From: a virus
Length of the DNA stretch: 64,000 nt
Reading direction: 5' to 3' (one strand)
IMG/VR virus record: IMGVR_UViG_3300027878_000003
Location: 2,992-66,991 of that record
Below the pieces are notes generated by a model. The model was not told the DNA's origin. It saw only the letters and a program-made list of their open reading frames with translations, and did not search any database. The first letter of the stretch is position 1, and the number at the start of each line of letters is the position of its first letter. Below are positions 10,389 to 20,699 of this stretch, piece after piece. Made by a program: the position numbers and the translations under genes.

Positions 10389-10414
10389 AGGATGCCCAAT
10401 TTCCTGGGCATCCT
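10389..10414. other. Inverted repeat (10-bp arms, 6-bp spacer): candidate recombination site or terminator
   Basis: aggatgccca-atttcc-tgggcatcct downstream of the recombinase. Confidence 0.4.
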
Positions 10415-10442
10415 TAAAAAGCTTTATTAGAACCCCACTCCC

Positions 10443-11261
10443 ATGTCACAAAAACTATCCGAAATCCAAATCACGATCAAAGGGCAGACGTTTACCTGTC
10501 CCAGGCTATCAAACGAAAACTCCCTGTATTTTGGTTCGTTGCTCATGAACAGGGACGAGCTGCGGGTCTTTATCGAGGAAGAACAGCCTGAGCTTGCGAT
10601 GGATATGATGCAAGCGCGTTTGATTGAATCCAGCGAACAAATGTCCAAATTGTTCGCTCAGAAGGATCTTTCATCAGAAGCGATCGCAGAGCAAATCAAC
10701 AATGAACAAGTTCATGCGATCGTTCAGCGGTTTATCGTCCGCGTCAACCAAAACCAGGTGCCAGGGGATTACATTCCAAACGTTCGGTATCAAGTTGCAA
10801 AGAGACTTATAGAAGTCTTTCCCCAATTTGAATCAAATGGGTGGGTGACTGCCACATCCATCAACATGGACCTTGAAGACTTAATCACAGCACTCGCCAT
10901 TCCCCTCTTTGGCACCATGTCATCCGCAGCAGAGAAAGCAGCAGAGACTCAGCCAGAAGCCAAGAAGCCAAAGTCTGAAAAGCCGAAGGGCTTCAAAGCC
11001 GAAGTGCAGAAAGCTACCAAGGGGTCAGAAGCGCAAGGCAGTGACCCTAACGTCGGAGACAAAGAAGAGCGTTTTGACGAACTTCTGGCAAGCCGGAACG
11101 AACTGCAAGCGCGGTTCGATAGCCTGCAAGCCCAGCTTGCAGGCAGCGCAGCGATCGACGTTACCGTGGTCGAAGACGATGCCCGCAAGGGACGAATTCT
11201 CAACCTTGAGAAGGAGCTTGAGGCATTGAAAGCCTCAGCCGAAACGTCTAAGATTAGCTAG
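10443..11261 (+). CDS. Hypothetical protein with C-terminal coiled coil
   Basis: 272-aa ORF. Confidence 0.7.
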   Translation: MSQKLSEIQITIKGQTFTCPRLSNENSLYFGSLLMNRDELRVFIEEEQPELAMDMMQARLIESSEQMSKLFAQKDLSSEAIAEQINNEQVHAIVQRFIVRVNQNQVPGDYIPNVRYQVAKRLIEVFPQFESNGWVTATSINMDLEDLITALAIPLFGTMSSAAEKAAETQPEAKKPKSEKPKGFKAEVQKATKGSEAQGSDPNVGDKEERFDELLASRNELQARFDSLQAQLAGSAAIDVTVVEDDARKGRILNLEKELEALKASAETSKIS

Positions 11262-11485
11262 AGGTCAGAGATCTTCCGCTTGCGAGCGCGAGCACGGATA
11301 CGTCGCGGGACGGGGATGTTGCCCCCAGCTCCGGGTAGCGATCGGATAAGCTGCCGCATAACGTCCGTCATAGTTCGATTCGCATCCTTAGCAAAGCTTT
11401 TCAGCCTTTCCATCTCCTCTTCAGACACTCTGAAGTGCAGTTGTACCTCGGGTCCCATATTTGTGTACCAGTGTGGTAATATCAT
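11258..11485 (-). CDS. Ribbon-helix-helix (CopG-like) regulator
   Basis: LHFRVSEEEMERLKSFAKDANRTMTDVMRQLI; next to the origin. Confidence 0.75.
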   Translation of the reverse strand: MILPHWYTNMGPEVQLHFRVSEEEMERLKSFAKDANRTMTDVMRQLIRSLPGAGGNIPVPRRIRARARKRKISDL

Positions 11486-11646
11486 ATTAATCTAAAAAGA
11501 TCGAATAAATCGTTCTAGATAGAATATGCTGGTTTTCTGCCCTTAAATCCTTAGCTCTGAATCCTGATCTCAGGAGAGGAGTCCCCCAAAAATTGCCGTG
11601 ACTTTAAATCCCCACATCCGCACATTTACAAGCCTGCCTCCACGTA

Positions 11647-11680
11647 AAAAAGAGGCTCCGCATTTGCGTGAGCCTCTTTT
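11647..11680. terminator. Bidirectional intrinsic terminator-like hairpin
   Basis: aaaagaggctc..gagcctctttt. Confidence 0.55.
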
Positions 11681-11835
11681 ATAAGGTATTTTGCGATCCC
11701 CCCCACTCAACTGCCAAGAAGACAAAGGGGAAAGCGATTTAAGGCACTCACTATAACTCTCACGTTTCAAGGCTCTAGAAAAGCCTGATAGATGCTTAGG
11801 GCTGATGAACCCCTCAACGGATCACAACTAAATGT

Positions 11836-12202
11836 TTCAAAAAAACAAACCTAATCGGTCACTGACATGACCTTTCAGGGCTTCAAACTAAACAACTTAC
11901 TGGGTCAATTAAGACCCTTCAGAGATTCAAACTAAACAACTTACTGGGTCAATTAAGACCTTTCAGGGTTTCAAACTAAACAACTTACTGGGTCACTCAC
12001 ATGACTTTTCAGCTCATTCAAACTAAACAACTTACTGGGTCACTCACATGACTTTTCAGCTCATTCAAACTAAACAACTTACTGGGTCACTCACATGACT
12101 TTTCAGCTCATTCAAACTAAACAACTTACTGGGTCACTCACATGACTTTTCAGCTCATTCAAACTAAACAACTTACTGGGTCACTCACATGACTTTTCAG
12201 CT
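11836..12202 (+). repeat. Iteron array / probable replication origin
   Basis: Core TTCAAACTAAACAACTTACTGGGTCA at 11882, 11926, 11970, 12017, 12064, 12111, 12158 (periods 44, 44, then 47), plus a degenerate copy at ~11836; directly upstream of rep. Confidence 0.85.
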
Positions 12203-12433
12203 ATTACAGTCCATTCAGAATAGCACGATCGGATCAGTAAATTCACCGCTACAAAACAGGAATTTCCCTGGGGTAGCCGGAATCACTTACCTAGAAAAAA
12301 AGATTCCTGTAACAAACCAGGTGCGAACTGATTTGTTACAGCTCTTCAAATCTTTGTGCAATTCACCTTTAATTATCTCACAAATTAGCCCCTTCGTCAC
12401 CAGAAATCACCTTTTTCTGAGAGGAAGGAATTT

Positions 12434-14353
12434 ATGAGATTCAACTCAGTTGTGCAACGTGGGCTTTTTACCGAGATATTCCCCCATCGGTTTGACTATA
12501 TCTATGCTAATCATGTGCATCCAGGCGATCGCCCCGACTGGCAGACCGAATCGCGTCACCCCCTCAACGATCGCCTCATCGAACAAGGTGCTCTTCTATA
12601 CGGTGTCCGTTTCGGCGCACAGACTTCTTATGTCATGCTGGACATTGACGCTGGCAGTCCCTATCACCCCAGTCGCTGCAAAGAGGCAACAGCGAGGATG
12701 CTGGAATCGCTGGAACCGTTGGGGCTTGTCAGTTGTGTGACAATCAGCAGCTCTTTCAGTGGAGGATTGCACCTTTACTTCCCGTTCAGAGAGAAACAGA
12801 GTTCTTATGACATCGCGGTAGTGGTTGCCACTACCTTAGAGAACGCAGGCTTTCCTTTGAAGGGCGGGCAGGTAGAGCTTTTCCCAGACCCCAAACCCTA
12901 TACGGCTGAGGGCACCCGATCGCTATTCAACGCCCATCGGTTGCCGATGCAGGATGGATCGTTTCTCCTCGATGAGGATTTCCAGCCGACTAGCGCTTTC
13001 AAAGAAACATTCCAAGAGCGGTGGGAGTGGGCTAAGGACAGGAATACTGACGTGAAGCGATCGGTGCTCCGGCGCAGGCTAAAGCAGGTGAAGCGCTGGA
13101 GATATCACGTCTCTGGTAAGGCAGACAAATTTCTCAACGACCTCAACGCTGAGATCGAGCTGGGTTGGACTGGTCCAGGGGAAACAAATTATCTCCTCGG
13201 TCGCATCACTATGCGGTGCTTCATTTTCCACCATGTCTTAGCAGGTGGCTCACCTTTATCTGGGAAGCCTCTTGTAGATGCAATAGTGTCTATTGCTCGG
13301 GATCTACCTGGGTACAAAGAATTTTGCGGGCATCAGCACGACATTGAACATCGCGCCCAAGAGTGGGCACATTGCATTGAGGGCAGCAAGTATTTCCCCT
13401 ACGGCACTGCTAAAGGAAAATACAAACCTAAAGCCTCAGACTCAACTACTACGTCCGAAGCGTCCCCAACCTGGAATCAACAACAAACCAGTAAAGCCAG
13501 GGATCGAATTGCTAGGGCGATCGCGGTGATGCTCGATTCTGGTTCCTTGCCCAGTAGCCCCACCAGTCGATGCAAAAAGTTAGTAGCTGCCGGGATCGGT
13601 ATGGCAACCCTCTACCGACACCGGGATTTATGGCACCCCGCTCACTTTATTGAGCTGGAGCCAGATTCGTCCGAAAACCCCGTCAAATATGAGGTTGGAC
13701 AGTCAGACCGCGCTGAGGGCGCATCTGACTGTCACAGTCCTACAAGCTTATTTACAGCAACAGGCAGTAATCCTATGCCAGAACAGGCTTTCAGCGATCG
13801 TGACACCCCCCTAAGCCTGGTTTCAGGCAGTAATAGCCAGAACCCTTTACCAGATGAGTTTTCAGGCTTAAGTGCTCAGGATTGTGCTGCGGCGATGAGA
13901 GCTGCCTCTCAAGAGGCTCTGAGAATGGCTACTCAAATTAAAATTCAGTCGGTTGATCAGGCATATCTAGCCCGAATGCAGAGCTATCTGGACTCCAATG
14001 ACCCGATTCTGATGGCAGAGGCGATCGCTTGGCAGGCTGTTGCCCGAAATAGTAGTCCGGCTGAGCCTGAACCTATAGTTCCCAACGCCATCCTTGTCCC
14101 TCTACCGCCCACTCCTCCTCCTATGCCACCACCCATTACCCAGTTAGTCCAATTCGAGGTTGCCGAGACGGGCGATCTATCCCATCTCCTGATGTCAATT
14201 GACCTCCAGCAGCGATGGCTGGACTGGAGTAAGGAACGAATTGTAATGGAGATGACTTCGCAGTTCGGGAAGGCAAAGCGATCGCTGTTAACTCCCTCAG
14301 AACTGGGGCAATGGCTCGCCTATTTAATGCCGGGAGGTCAGTTCAATGCATGA
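12434..14353 (+). CDS. Plasmid replication initiator, AEP primase-polymerase-like
   Basis: YVMLDID and SGGLHLYF motifs, C-terminal HTH-like GIGMATLYRH; adjacent iterons. Confidence 0.8.
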   Translation: MRFNSVVQRGLFTEIFPHRFDYIYANHVHPGDRPDWQTESRHPLNDRLIEQGALLYGVRFGAQTSYVMLDIDAGSPYHPSRCKEATARMLESLEPLGLVSCVTISSSFSGGLHLYFPFREKQSSYDIAVVVATTLENAGFPLKGGQVELFPDPKPYTAEGTRSLFNAHRLPMQDGSFLLDEDFQPTSAFKETFQERWEWAKDRNTDVKRSVLRRRLKQVKRWRYHVSGKADKFLNDLNAEIELGWTGPGETNYLLGRITMRCFIFHHVLAGGSPLSGKPLVDAIVSIARDLPGYKEFCGHQHDIEHRAQEWAHCIEGSKYFPYGTAKGKYKPKASDSTTTSEASPTWNQQQTSKARDRIARAIAVMLDSGSLPSSPTSRCKKLVAAGIGMATLYRHRDLWHPAHFIELEPDSSENPVKYEVGQSDRAEGASDCHSPTSLFTATGSNPMPEQAFSDRDTPLSLVSGSNSQNPLPDEFSGLSAQDCAAAMRAASQEALRMATQIKIQSVDQAYLARMQSYLDSNDPILMAEAIAWQAVARNSSPAEPEPIVPNAILVPLPPTPPPMPPPITQLVQFEVAETGDLSHLLMSIDLQQRWLDWSKERIVMEMTSQFGKAKRSLLTPSELGQWLAYLMPGGQFNA

Positions 14354-15482
14354 GTTAAAGTCTGATTACAATGTCCACCCCATCCGTCCGCTCAGCAGTT
14401 TGGTTCTTTGTGGCTCTAGGGTTGACCCCTATAAGCCCGCTTCAATTGAACGGCTCAATGCTTCTTACCTCACAGAGCAAACTGCCAGAGTCGATCGGGG
14501 GCAGACATCTTCTCTCTATCCAGGGTTGAGCAATTTCAATAAGCCTAAGTTCAATGTGCCGCTGCGAGAAGCATTCTTCCTGCCCGTTGATGCTGCCAAA
14601 CAGGAACATGCCTGGGCACAACTCCAGGGGCTACATCAAGATTTGAGTGTCAGCCTGAACGCGATCGCCCTGAAGCTGCAAAGCATGGGGCGCTATGCCG
14701 AACGGCTAGAGCAGGCAGGTGACGATGCCCCCAATCCTCTGAACGCTGAAGTTGTCATTGCTGAAGATCCCCACGATATTCGGTGGGGAACTGAATGCTT
14801 GGGAGAATGGCATCCCTCAGCCATTAGCAAGGTGGCAGTTTTGCGCCATACACCCAGGAAGATAGAGCTGGCAACAGGTGGAATGAAACTTCAGTCGGGC
14901 AAGTTCTGCTGCCAGGGCAATGACTGGGAGGAATTGCAGCAGTTGCAAAGGCTGGCAGATGCCAGAGCCGATGCGATCGCCGCATTCTTCAAAGCTCCGA
15001 CCTCATGGAAGGAACCTGCACAGGAAATTGCCCTCACCGAGCAGCAAATTAAAACTGCTGCCCTGGCGCTGCCCGAAGATCGCCGTCAGCGTTTAGTCAT
15101 GGCGCTGCTGCAAAGTCTCCCACCAGACATTGATTCAATCGAATCTGCTGGCGTATGCGCCAGCAAGAACTTTACAGGATGGCTTGAGGAACAGCGAGAA
15201 GGGAAAGAAGCCTACTTCCGCTATCGCGTGGGTGGCTCGCGCAAGAGCAAGAAACTCAAGAGCAAGGCGGAGATCCTATTGGTGCAGAAGCTTAAGCATC
15301 ACCGTCACCCTTGGGAGAAAACGCTGGCAGCTCTGGGCAATTTTCTAGGCGATGCCCAGGCGACGGTAGACCGACTGCACGAGTCCGGGTTCCTAACAGC
15401 GATCGAGTCCGCAGAAATTATTTCCTTCCATGGAATGGAGAAGAAAAAAGTTGACATCCTCACCGTCCTGAAGGAGCGGTGA
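14346..15482 (+). CDS. Hypothetical protein coupled to rep
   Basis: 378-aa ORF overlapping the rep stop. Confidence 0.7.
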   Translation: MHELKSDYNVHPIRPLSSLVLCGSRVDPYKPASIERLNASYLTEQTARVDRGQTSSLYPGLSNFNKPKFNVPLREAFFLPVDAAKQEHAWAQLQGLHQDLSVSLNAIALKLQSMGRYAERLEQAGDDAPNPLNAEVVIAEDPHDIRWGTECLGEWHPSAISKVAVLRHTPRKIELATGGMKLQSGKFCCQGNDWEELQQLQRLADARADAIAAFFKAPTSWKEPAQEIALTEQQIKTAALALPEDRRQRLVMALLQSLPPDIDSIESAGVCASKNFTGWLEEQREGKEAYFRYRVGGSRKSKKLKSKAEILLVQKLKHHRHPWEKTLAALGNFLGDAQATVDRLHESGFLTAIESAEIISFHGMEKKKVDILTVLKER

Positions 15483-15865
15483 TTCCAAGAATCACTTCTT
15501 GGGTTTTCTGCTTCATAGCAACTGCCTCGACCCTCTAGGAGTTTTGGTCTTATGTTCGCTCCACAGACTAACCCCGCAAGCCCTGCGGTTTTTCAACAAA
15601 CAGTCAAAAACTGGTTTGATTTGTGTCTTTCAAGGATGTTGCCATTGCCTCTCAAGCTTTTCCCGGTCTACCAACTTTTCTGCGCCGCCGTCTGCGGGTG
15701 CAAACGAACTTTGGTGTTAGGCTCTATGTCTCCGTTGTCGCGGGTGGGTCAGCAACCACAACCATTATACCACATACGTTTGGAGGTTTTCGCGGCATTG
15801 AGCCGCTCAACCTCCGCTCCTATCCATCCCCGCCCTAGAACGGCAGGGTTTCTCGGAGAATCTCG

Positions 15866-16372
15866 ATGAAGCCGCAGTTATCCATGATCTGGACCAGTAA
15901 GCTGCCGATTACGTCGGATGGCAGTTCATACCTTGAGATTGTTCCAGTCACGGGCAATCAAGGAAACTTCATACTGAACTTAGGAGGCGATCGCAGAGAA
16001 GACGATCGCTATTTCCCCCGCTATTTCTGGGACAGAACAGACGCTCAGAGGGAGGCTGAGGCGTATCTGATTAGGCAGGCTATTGATGTGCGTGGCAAGT
16101 CTTTTGGTCAAAGCCCTCGCGCCATCATTCAGTTTGGAGAATCTTTAAACGAAATCGTCGGGGATTATTGCACTGCCACCATTCAGCCCATTCTGCTTTT
16201 TGGCGGGCAGCGCTGCGCTGTGGGCAACTATGCAGCAATAGTGCATGTCCATGAGGGGAAGGAAGATGTGTTCGTTGCTGACGATTTAGATTTACTCCCA
16301 CGCCTATATTTTGAGTTGGCGATCGCCATGACGGAAACCTGGAGCTGGATGAGAGCGAGAGAGCAGGTTTAG
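15866..16372 (+). CDS. Hypothetical protein
   Basis: 168-aa ORF with GGAG RBS. Confidence 0.6.
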   Translation: MKPQLSMIWTSKLPITSDGSSYLEIVPVTGNQGNFILNLGGDRREDDRYFPRYFWDRTDAQREAEAYLIRQAIDVRGKSFGQSPRAIIQFGESLNEIVGDYCTATIQPILLFGGQRCAVGNYAAIVHVHEGKEDVFVADDLDLLPRLYFELAIAMTETWSWMRAREQV

Positions 16373-16389
16373 CAATTAAGAGGTTAATT

Positions 16390-16758
16390 ATGTTGCCTGA
16401 AAAAATCAATGAATGGGTTTTACTAATCATGTCTAAACGGATTCGAGTCCCCGTCATCCAAGTTCCCAACTTCTTGATAACCGATGACTGCGACCCTGTA
16501 GACCTTGAAGAAGACCATCCAGCTAATCCCTTATCCCCTCACTACAGATTGGAGGCTAGGCTGTCTTGGCTGGAAGAGCAACATCCAGACCATCCCTTGA
16601 ACCGCCGCGAAAGACATACCGATCGCCCCGTAGTCTGTGATGGATGTCGCAATTATTATGGTCTGTCGCATGGCGGAAACAGATTAATATGCGGGATGCA
16701 TCCGTATGGTGTTGCTGGAGAAATTTGTAGTGATTGGGGATGCAAAGATGCAGAGTAG
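16390..16758 (+). CDS. Small Cys/His metal-binding protein
   Basis: CDGCRNYYG..LICGMHPYG..CSDW. Confidence 0.65.
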   Translation: MLPEKINEWVLLIMSKRIRVPVIQVPNFLITDDCDPVDLEEDHPANPLSPHYRLEARLSWLEEQHPDHPLNRRERHTDRPVVCDGCRNYYGLSHGGNRLICGMHPYGVAGEICSDWGCKDAE

Positions 16759-18436
16759 TTCCATCCAGACAACAGAGTTCCTGATTCCAGGGGGAGTTCC
16801 CTCTGAGTGGTTCGATACGCTAACAACGGTGTGGAATCAATCGTTGTTTTATCTGTTCTGGTTGCAGCATTGGAAGCGGGGAAATAAGGCTCAATCCTTC
16901 GAGCTTTCCCCAGAAATCTACGAAGCTGTTGAAAGTGAATTCTGGGGTATCCGTCTAGGCTACGACCTGATTCCCCCAGTCGAGGTCAAGATTCGCAAAC
17001 AAGGCGATGACTGGGTTCATTGCTGCGACATCGCCCGCACTGTGCGCCTGGACAGAACAAAATCCTGGGATTCGTCCAACACAGAGGAGCGGGCGTGCTG
17101 CCCGATTTACTGCCCTAGAAGTGTTGTTCCCGCCCACGCCCAACCCGTGGGACAAAAGCAATTCTGGATGGAGACTCCACCCATTTCTAATTACAGCGCG
17201 ATCGACCTACGTAAACCGTTCGCAGCAAAGCGTTGCGACTGGATTAAAGAAGCGACAATCCCCTCTGTGTACATCAATGACTTTATTAGTTTGGTCGTGA
17301 TGCCTGCCTGGGAGTCCTATCAAAAGGGCAAGCGAGGGAAGCCCAGATTCAAGGGCAAATCCAACCCAGTCACGACGATCGCCTGTGAATCATTCCGGGC
17401 ACAGTGCCACTCCAAAGGAGACGATCGCCTCAAACTGCCTGGAGCGATCGCCCATGTGCCAGGGTTAGAGCGGCGGTTACTGACCCCGATCGCTCGGTTG
17501 ATCAAGCAAATGAAAGCGAACCCCAGCCAGTTTCCGGCGCTGGAGAAGAAAGTAGAAAAGCTACGGACAGAGGCGCTTCGCAAAGTCGCCAAAGCAGAGA
17601 ATCTGGTCATTAAAGATTTGAGCGCAGAAGCGTTGGCAGCACTGAAGCAACGGATCAACGAAGACGAGATTAAAAATAAGGCGATCGAATATTTTGAGAA
17701 GCCTGGGAGCTTCAGAATTCTCCGCAGAGACGGTGCAGCGTATCTGCAAATCACAGCAGAAATGCCCGTCAAGGTTACCCCTACAAGCAAGATTGTCGTG
17801 GTGGACACGGGCATCAACTATCTTGTAGTCGGCTCTAATGGGATGGTTGTAAAGCACCCGAACTTTTCCAAAGAAGAAGTACGACTTAAAAGTCTGCAAA
17901 GAGTCCTGGCGGAGAAGAAGCCAGGTAGCCTCAACTTTGAAAGAAACAGAGCAAAACTTAAAAAAGTCGAGGGGCGGATCAGGCGCTCCAAGCGCAAGCG
18001 TCAAACCTACGTTGCGGCGTGGCTCGCAGACGTGAATAGAGAAATTAGAGTAAAGCTGCTCAAGATCCCAGAGGCGATCGCCACACCCAACCCTATCCCC
18101 GACAAAGAGGGCGAGAGATATATTCCCAACGGCGCTGGGGATGCTGCTATTGTCAATCGCCTTACTCTTGATGCGGCTCTGGGGCAATTCGTTAATTTGG
18201 TAGAGCAGCAGGCAGCTAAAAAGAACCGCACCTTTACCAAAATCGACATTGAGCCAGAAGCCAATGTTGAAGACATGGAGCAACAGATTCAGACCGCAGA
18301 GACTACGACTGAAAGTAACGGTCAAGCGATCGCCCGTGAACCAGACAGGAAGAAGAAACCAAAGTCTACTGGTACGCCAGGGACAACAGCCGTAGCTAAG
18401 AAGCGGAACCGTAAGAGAGAAGAGGCGATCGGTTAA
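16748..18436 (+). CDS. Enlarged, predicted nuclease-dead TnpB/Cas12f-like protein
   Basis: VWNQSL, GKPRFKG, RuvC-I VVVDTGI, LKSLQRVL..KKPGS.N, YIPNGA..NRLTLDAALGQF. RuvC-II Glu position reads K; zinc finger and RuvC-III absent. Confidence 0.75.
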   Translation: MQSSSIQTTEFLIPGGVPSEWFDTLTTVWNQSLFYLFWLQHWKRGNKAQSFELSPEIYEAVESEFWGIRLGYDLIPPVEVKIRKQGDDWVHCCDIARTVRLDRTKSWDSSNTEERACCPIYCPRSVVPAHAQPVGQKQFWMETPPISNYSAIDLRKPFAAKRCDWIKEATIPSVYINDFISLVVMPAWESYQKGKRGKPRFKGKSNPVTTIACESFRAQCHSKGDDRLKLPGAIAHVPGLERRLLTPIARLIKQMKANPSQFPALEKKVEKLRTEALRKVAKAENLVIKDLSAEALAALKQRINEDEIKNKAIEYFEKPGSFRILRRDGAAYLQITAEMPVKVTPTSKIVVVDTGINYLVVGSNGMVVKHPNFSKEEVRLKSLQRVLAEKKPGSLNFERNRAKLKKVEGRIRRSKRKRQTYVAAWLADVNREIRVKLLKIPEAIATPNPIPDKEGERYIPNGAGDAAIVNRLTLDAALGQFVNLVEQQAAKKNRTFTKIDIEPEANVEDMEQQIQTAETTTESNGQAIAREPDRKKKPKSTGTPGTTAVAKKRNRKREEAIG

Positions 18437-18855
18437 CCCACCAACACCATCATTCCACTTTCATCTAAGGTGAATGGCAAGTTGCAAGCCGCCGCTAGTT
18501 GCCGCAGGGTGCCTGTGGTTTCAGCATCGGGGTGGGCGATCGCCACCATTGCGTTCCACAAGTAAATAATGTTGGGCAAAACCGCTTCATTTGCGCCCAC
18601 TTGCCCCATGAGAACCACGAAAACACTACTGATGGCAGCGGTTTGGGAATTAAAGCCAATCACGGGTAAAGAGGCGATCGTTCCCACTGCCTGAAACGTT
18701 GCCCAATCACGAACAGGCGGTGGGGATGGGTTTAAATAATCCACCACCCTCGGATCATCGTCAGCCACCTCAAACCACAATTCAGCCTCAGCACTCGGAG
18801 GGGCGATCGAAGCGTAGCCGATGGTTTTGCCGTTTTCTTGCCTGATGTACACCAC
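18433..18855 (-). CDS. Tail-fiber-associated/chaperone-like protein
   Basis: EVADDDPRVVDYLNP; follows fiber-like genes. Confidence 0.55.
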   Translation of the reverse strand: MVYIRQENGKTIGYASIAPPSAEAELWFEVADDDPRVVDYLNPSPPPVRDWATFQAVGTIASLPVIGFNSQTAAISSVFVVLMGQVGANEAVLPNIIYLWNAMVAIAHPDAETTGTLRQLAAACNLPFTLDESGMMVLVG

Positions 18856-19598
18856 TAAGAAGCTCCCCTAGGATGATAAAAACCGCGAACAACGATATTA
18901 CTAACGGCACTTGCAACAGTGACATAATGCTTGATCTGCCCCGCTCCATTAGTGGGAATTTCAAAAGATGCGGCTGTGTTGATGGTCGTAATAAATATAT
19001 CGGCATTGACACTAGGCGACGAAGCGAAGACGAAAGTAGAAGTGGTATCCAGGAAAAAACGTCCGATCGCCCTCACAACAAGCCCTGCTGGAACTGCAAG
19101 TGTTACCAAGTTGGTTGTTATTGTTGGCGTAACGCCATTAAACGATACGACTGGATCAACCCAATCAAAGCGATCGCCCGTCTGTACAAAGTTGCGAATA
19201 TTGCTAGATCCATCCGTCATGATTGACCCGATGATCCGCCCAACCCAACCGCTCGGAATATTGGCACCTGACACAGACAAATCAAAACCCGCATCTACCG
19301 CGCCTGTTGTTGTATTGCGAATAACGAATACGTGCCAAGTTTGGTTAGCCGCGATTGTTCCCGCGAATCTTCCGCCTGCGTTGCTTCCCGCAGCCCAGAC
19401 AGAAACAGGTGTTAAAAATTTGGGTAGGGAGCTACCCAACACCGCGATCGCTCGGCTCCCAGATCCAGCGATTACAGCCCGACCCGATGCAATAGTAATT
19501 AGAGAGCCAACACCCAAAGTCAGAGTCATTCCTTCCGGCGATCCGATTGGCGCACTGAGAGCTACAGCGTTAACAGCGTTATTTCTGGCAATTGGCAT
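18855..19598 (-). CDS. Tail fiber/receptor-binding-like protein
   Basis: WHVFVI..GFD..RIIGSIMTDGSSNIRNFVQTGD, a beta-rich fiber-type pattern. Confidence 0.65.
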   Translation of the reverse strand: MPIARNNAVNAVALSAPIGSPEGMTLTLGVGSLITIASGRAVIAGSGSRAIAVLGSSLPKFLTPVSVWAAGSNAGGRFAGTIAANQTWHVFVIRNTTTGAVDAGFDLSVSGANIPSGWVGRIIGSIMTDGSSNIRNFVQTGDRFDWVDPVVSFNGVTPTITTNLVTLAVPAGLVVRAIGRFFLDTTSTFVFASSPSVNADIFITTINTAASFEIPTNGAGQIKHYVTVASAVSNIVVRGFYHPRGAS

Positions 19599-19603
19599 AA
19601 TTA

Positions 19604-20686
19604 TTAAACGTTGATATCAAGGTTTCCAACAGAGCTTTGAACGACCCAAGTGGTATTCGCAACAACACAAACTAACGTGATGCAATCCCGCGCATGGGAT
19701 GAAGCAAGATATCCTGTAACCCCGGTAATTGAAACCTGATCGCCAAAGTGAACAAGTTGATTCGCATTCTGAGAAATACGCCATCCACCTGCACCTAGAC
19801 CGACGATTTGAATCTGTGTCCCCTGTGTGGCGACGGCTGGTAAAGTCAGGTCGCAAAGACCAGCAGCTCTATTGGCGATACAAATACCGGAAACTAGAGC
19901 ACCTGTAGTACCCGTGAATTCAGTGATGGTCGCGTCGGGTGAGGGAGTGGCGTATGAACCATCTCCTCGAAGGAAGTTTGTGGCGTTGGCACCCGCACCT
20001 AAACGCGCTGGAGCCATAATTCCAGTCTGAATATCACCAGCATCGATCGCCGTATCACCAATCGAAACCCAGTTTGAGTTGGTGGATATGGGTAGAGCCT
20101 GAAGAATATAGGTGATACCTGAATCTAGCTCTTTGGCGTATGCCCCGACAATCTTACCTGTTAATGCCAACCGAGCAGCTTGATTGGCAACCAAATCAAA
20201 ACTACTAATTTGCAGAGATGGGATAATCGCAGGATCGAGCTTGCCACCAACCTGCACCAAGGCGACATCGCCAGCAGCAATACCTGTGTTGAGTACAGCA
20301 GCCGTACCCAGACCAAACAGCGTCCGACCTTGCGCGCCCGTTAGCTCTTCTACCGTCCCCGTGTCAGCCGTAACCCGACCGAGAAACCGCGCTGTAGTGA
20401 TGTTTTGAATCTTGGCATAGGTAACCGCTTGATTGGCGATCACCGGATTAGGATAGTTACTACCTGCTAGATCACCACTGACGATCGCTCCACTAGGAGT
20501 ATTAGTCGCAGTCCAGCCCGGAACACCCCCCGCAACAGCAAAATAAGTTCCGTTAGCGCCGATAGCCAAACGGGTCAGAATGCCGCCCACTAAATAATAA
20601 ATATCACCATCGGTATCGCTACCCAGAGCAACTTTAGTCCCGGCTGTAATGGTTTTATTTGATTGGTTTTGCTTAACGATCGCCAT
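19604..20686 (-). CDS. Tail fiber-like protein
   Basis: GDLAGSNYPNP, AVTYAKIQN, LGLGTAA-like and FLRGDGSY fiber motifs. Confidence 0.7.
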   Translation of the reverse strand: MAIVKQNQSNKTITAGTKVALGSDTDGDIYYLVGGILTRLAIGANGTYFAVAGGVPGWTATNTPSGAIVSGDLAGSNYPNPVIANQAVTYAKIQNITTARFLGRVTADTGTVEELTGAQGRTLFGLGTAAVLNTGIAAGDVALVQVGGKLDPAIIPSLQISSFDLVANQAARLALTGKIVGAYAKELDSGITYILQALPISTNSNWVSIGDTAIDAGDIQTGIMAPARLGAGANATNFLRGDGSYATPSPDATITEFTGTTGALVSGICIANRAAGLCDLTLPAVATQGTQIQIVGLGAGGWRISQNANQLVHFGDQVSITGVTGYLASSHARDCITLVCVVANTTWVVQSSVGNLDINV

Positions 20687-20699
20687 TTTTCCTCACCGC

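Noticed and set aside
11882-12202. Possible CRISPR array for the Cas12-like ORF
   Set aside because: Intervening segments are near-identical rather than unique spacers, and the array abuts rep; iterons fit better.
15616-15625. 10-nt match (TTGATTTGTG) to the orphan guide, upstream of the dead-TnpB operon
   Set aside because: Too short, first guide base mismatched; plausible by chance in 64 kb.
16748-18436. Active Cas12/TnpB nuclease
   Set aside because: RuvC-II Glu, zinc finger and RuvC-III Asp are missing.
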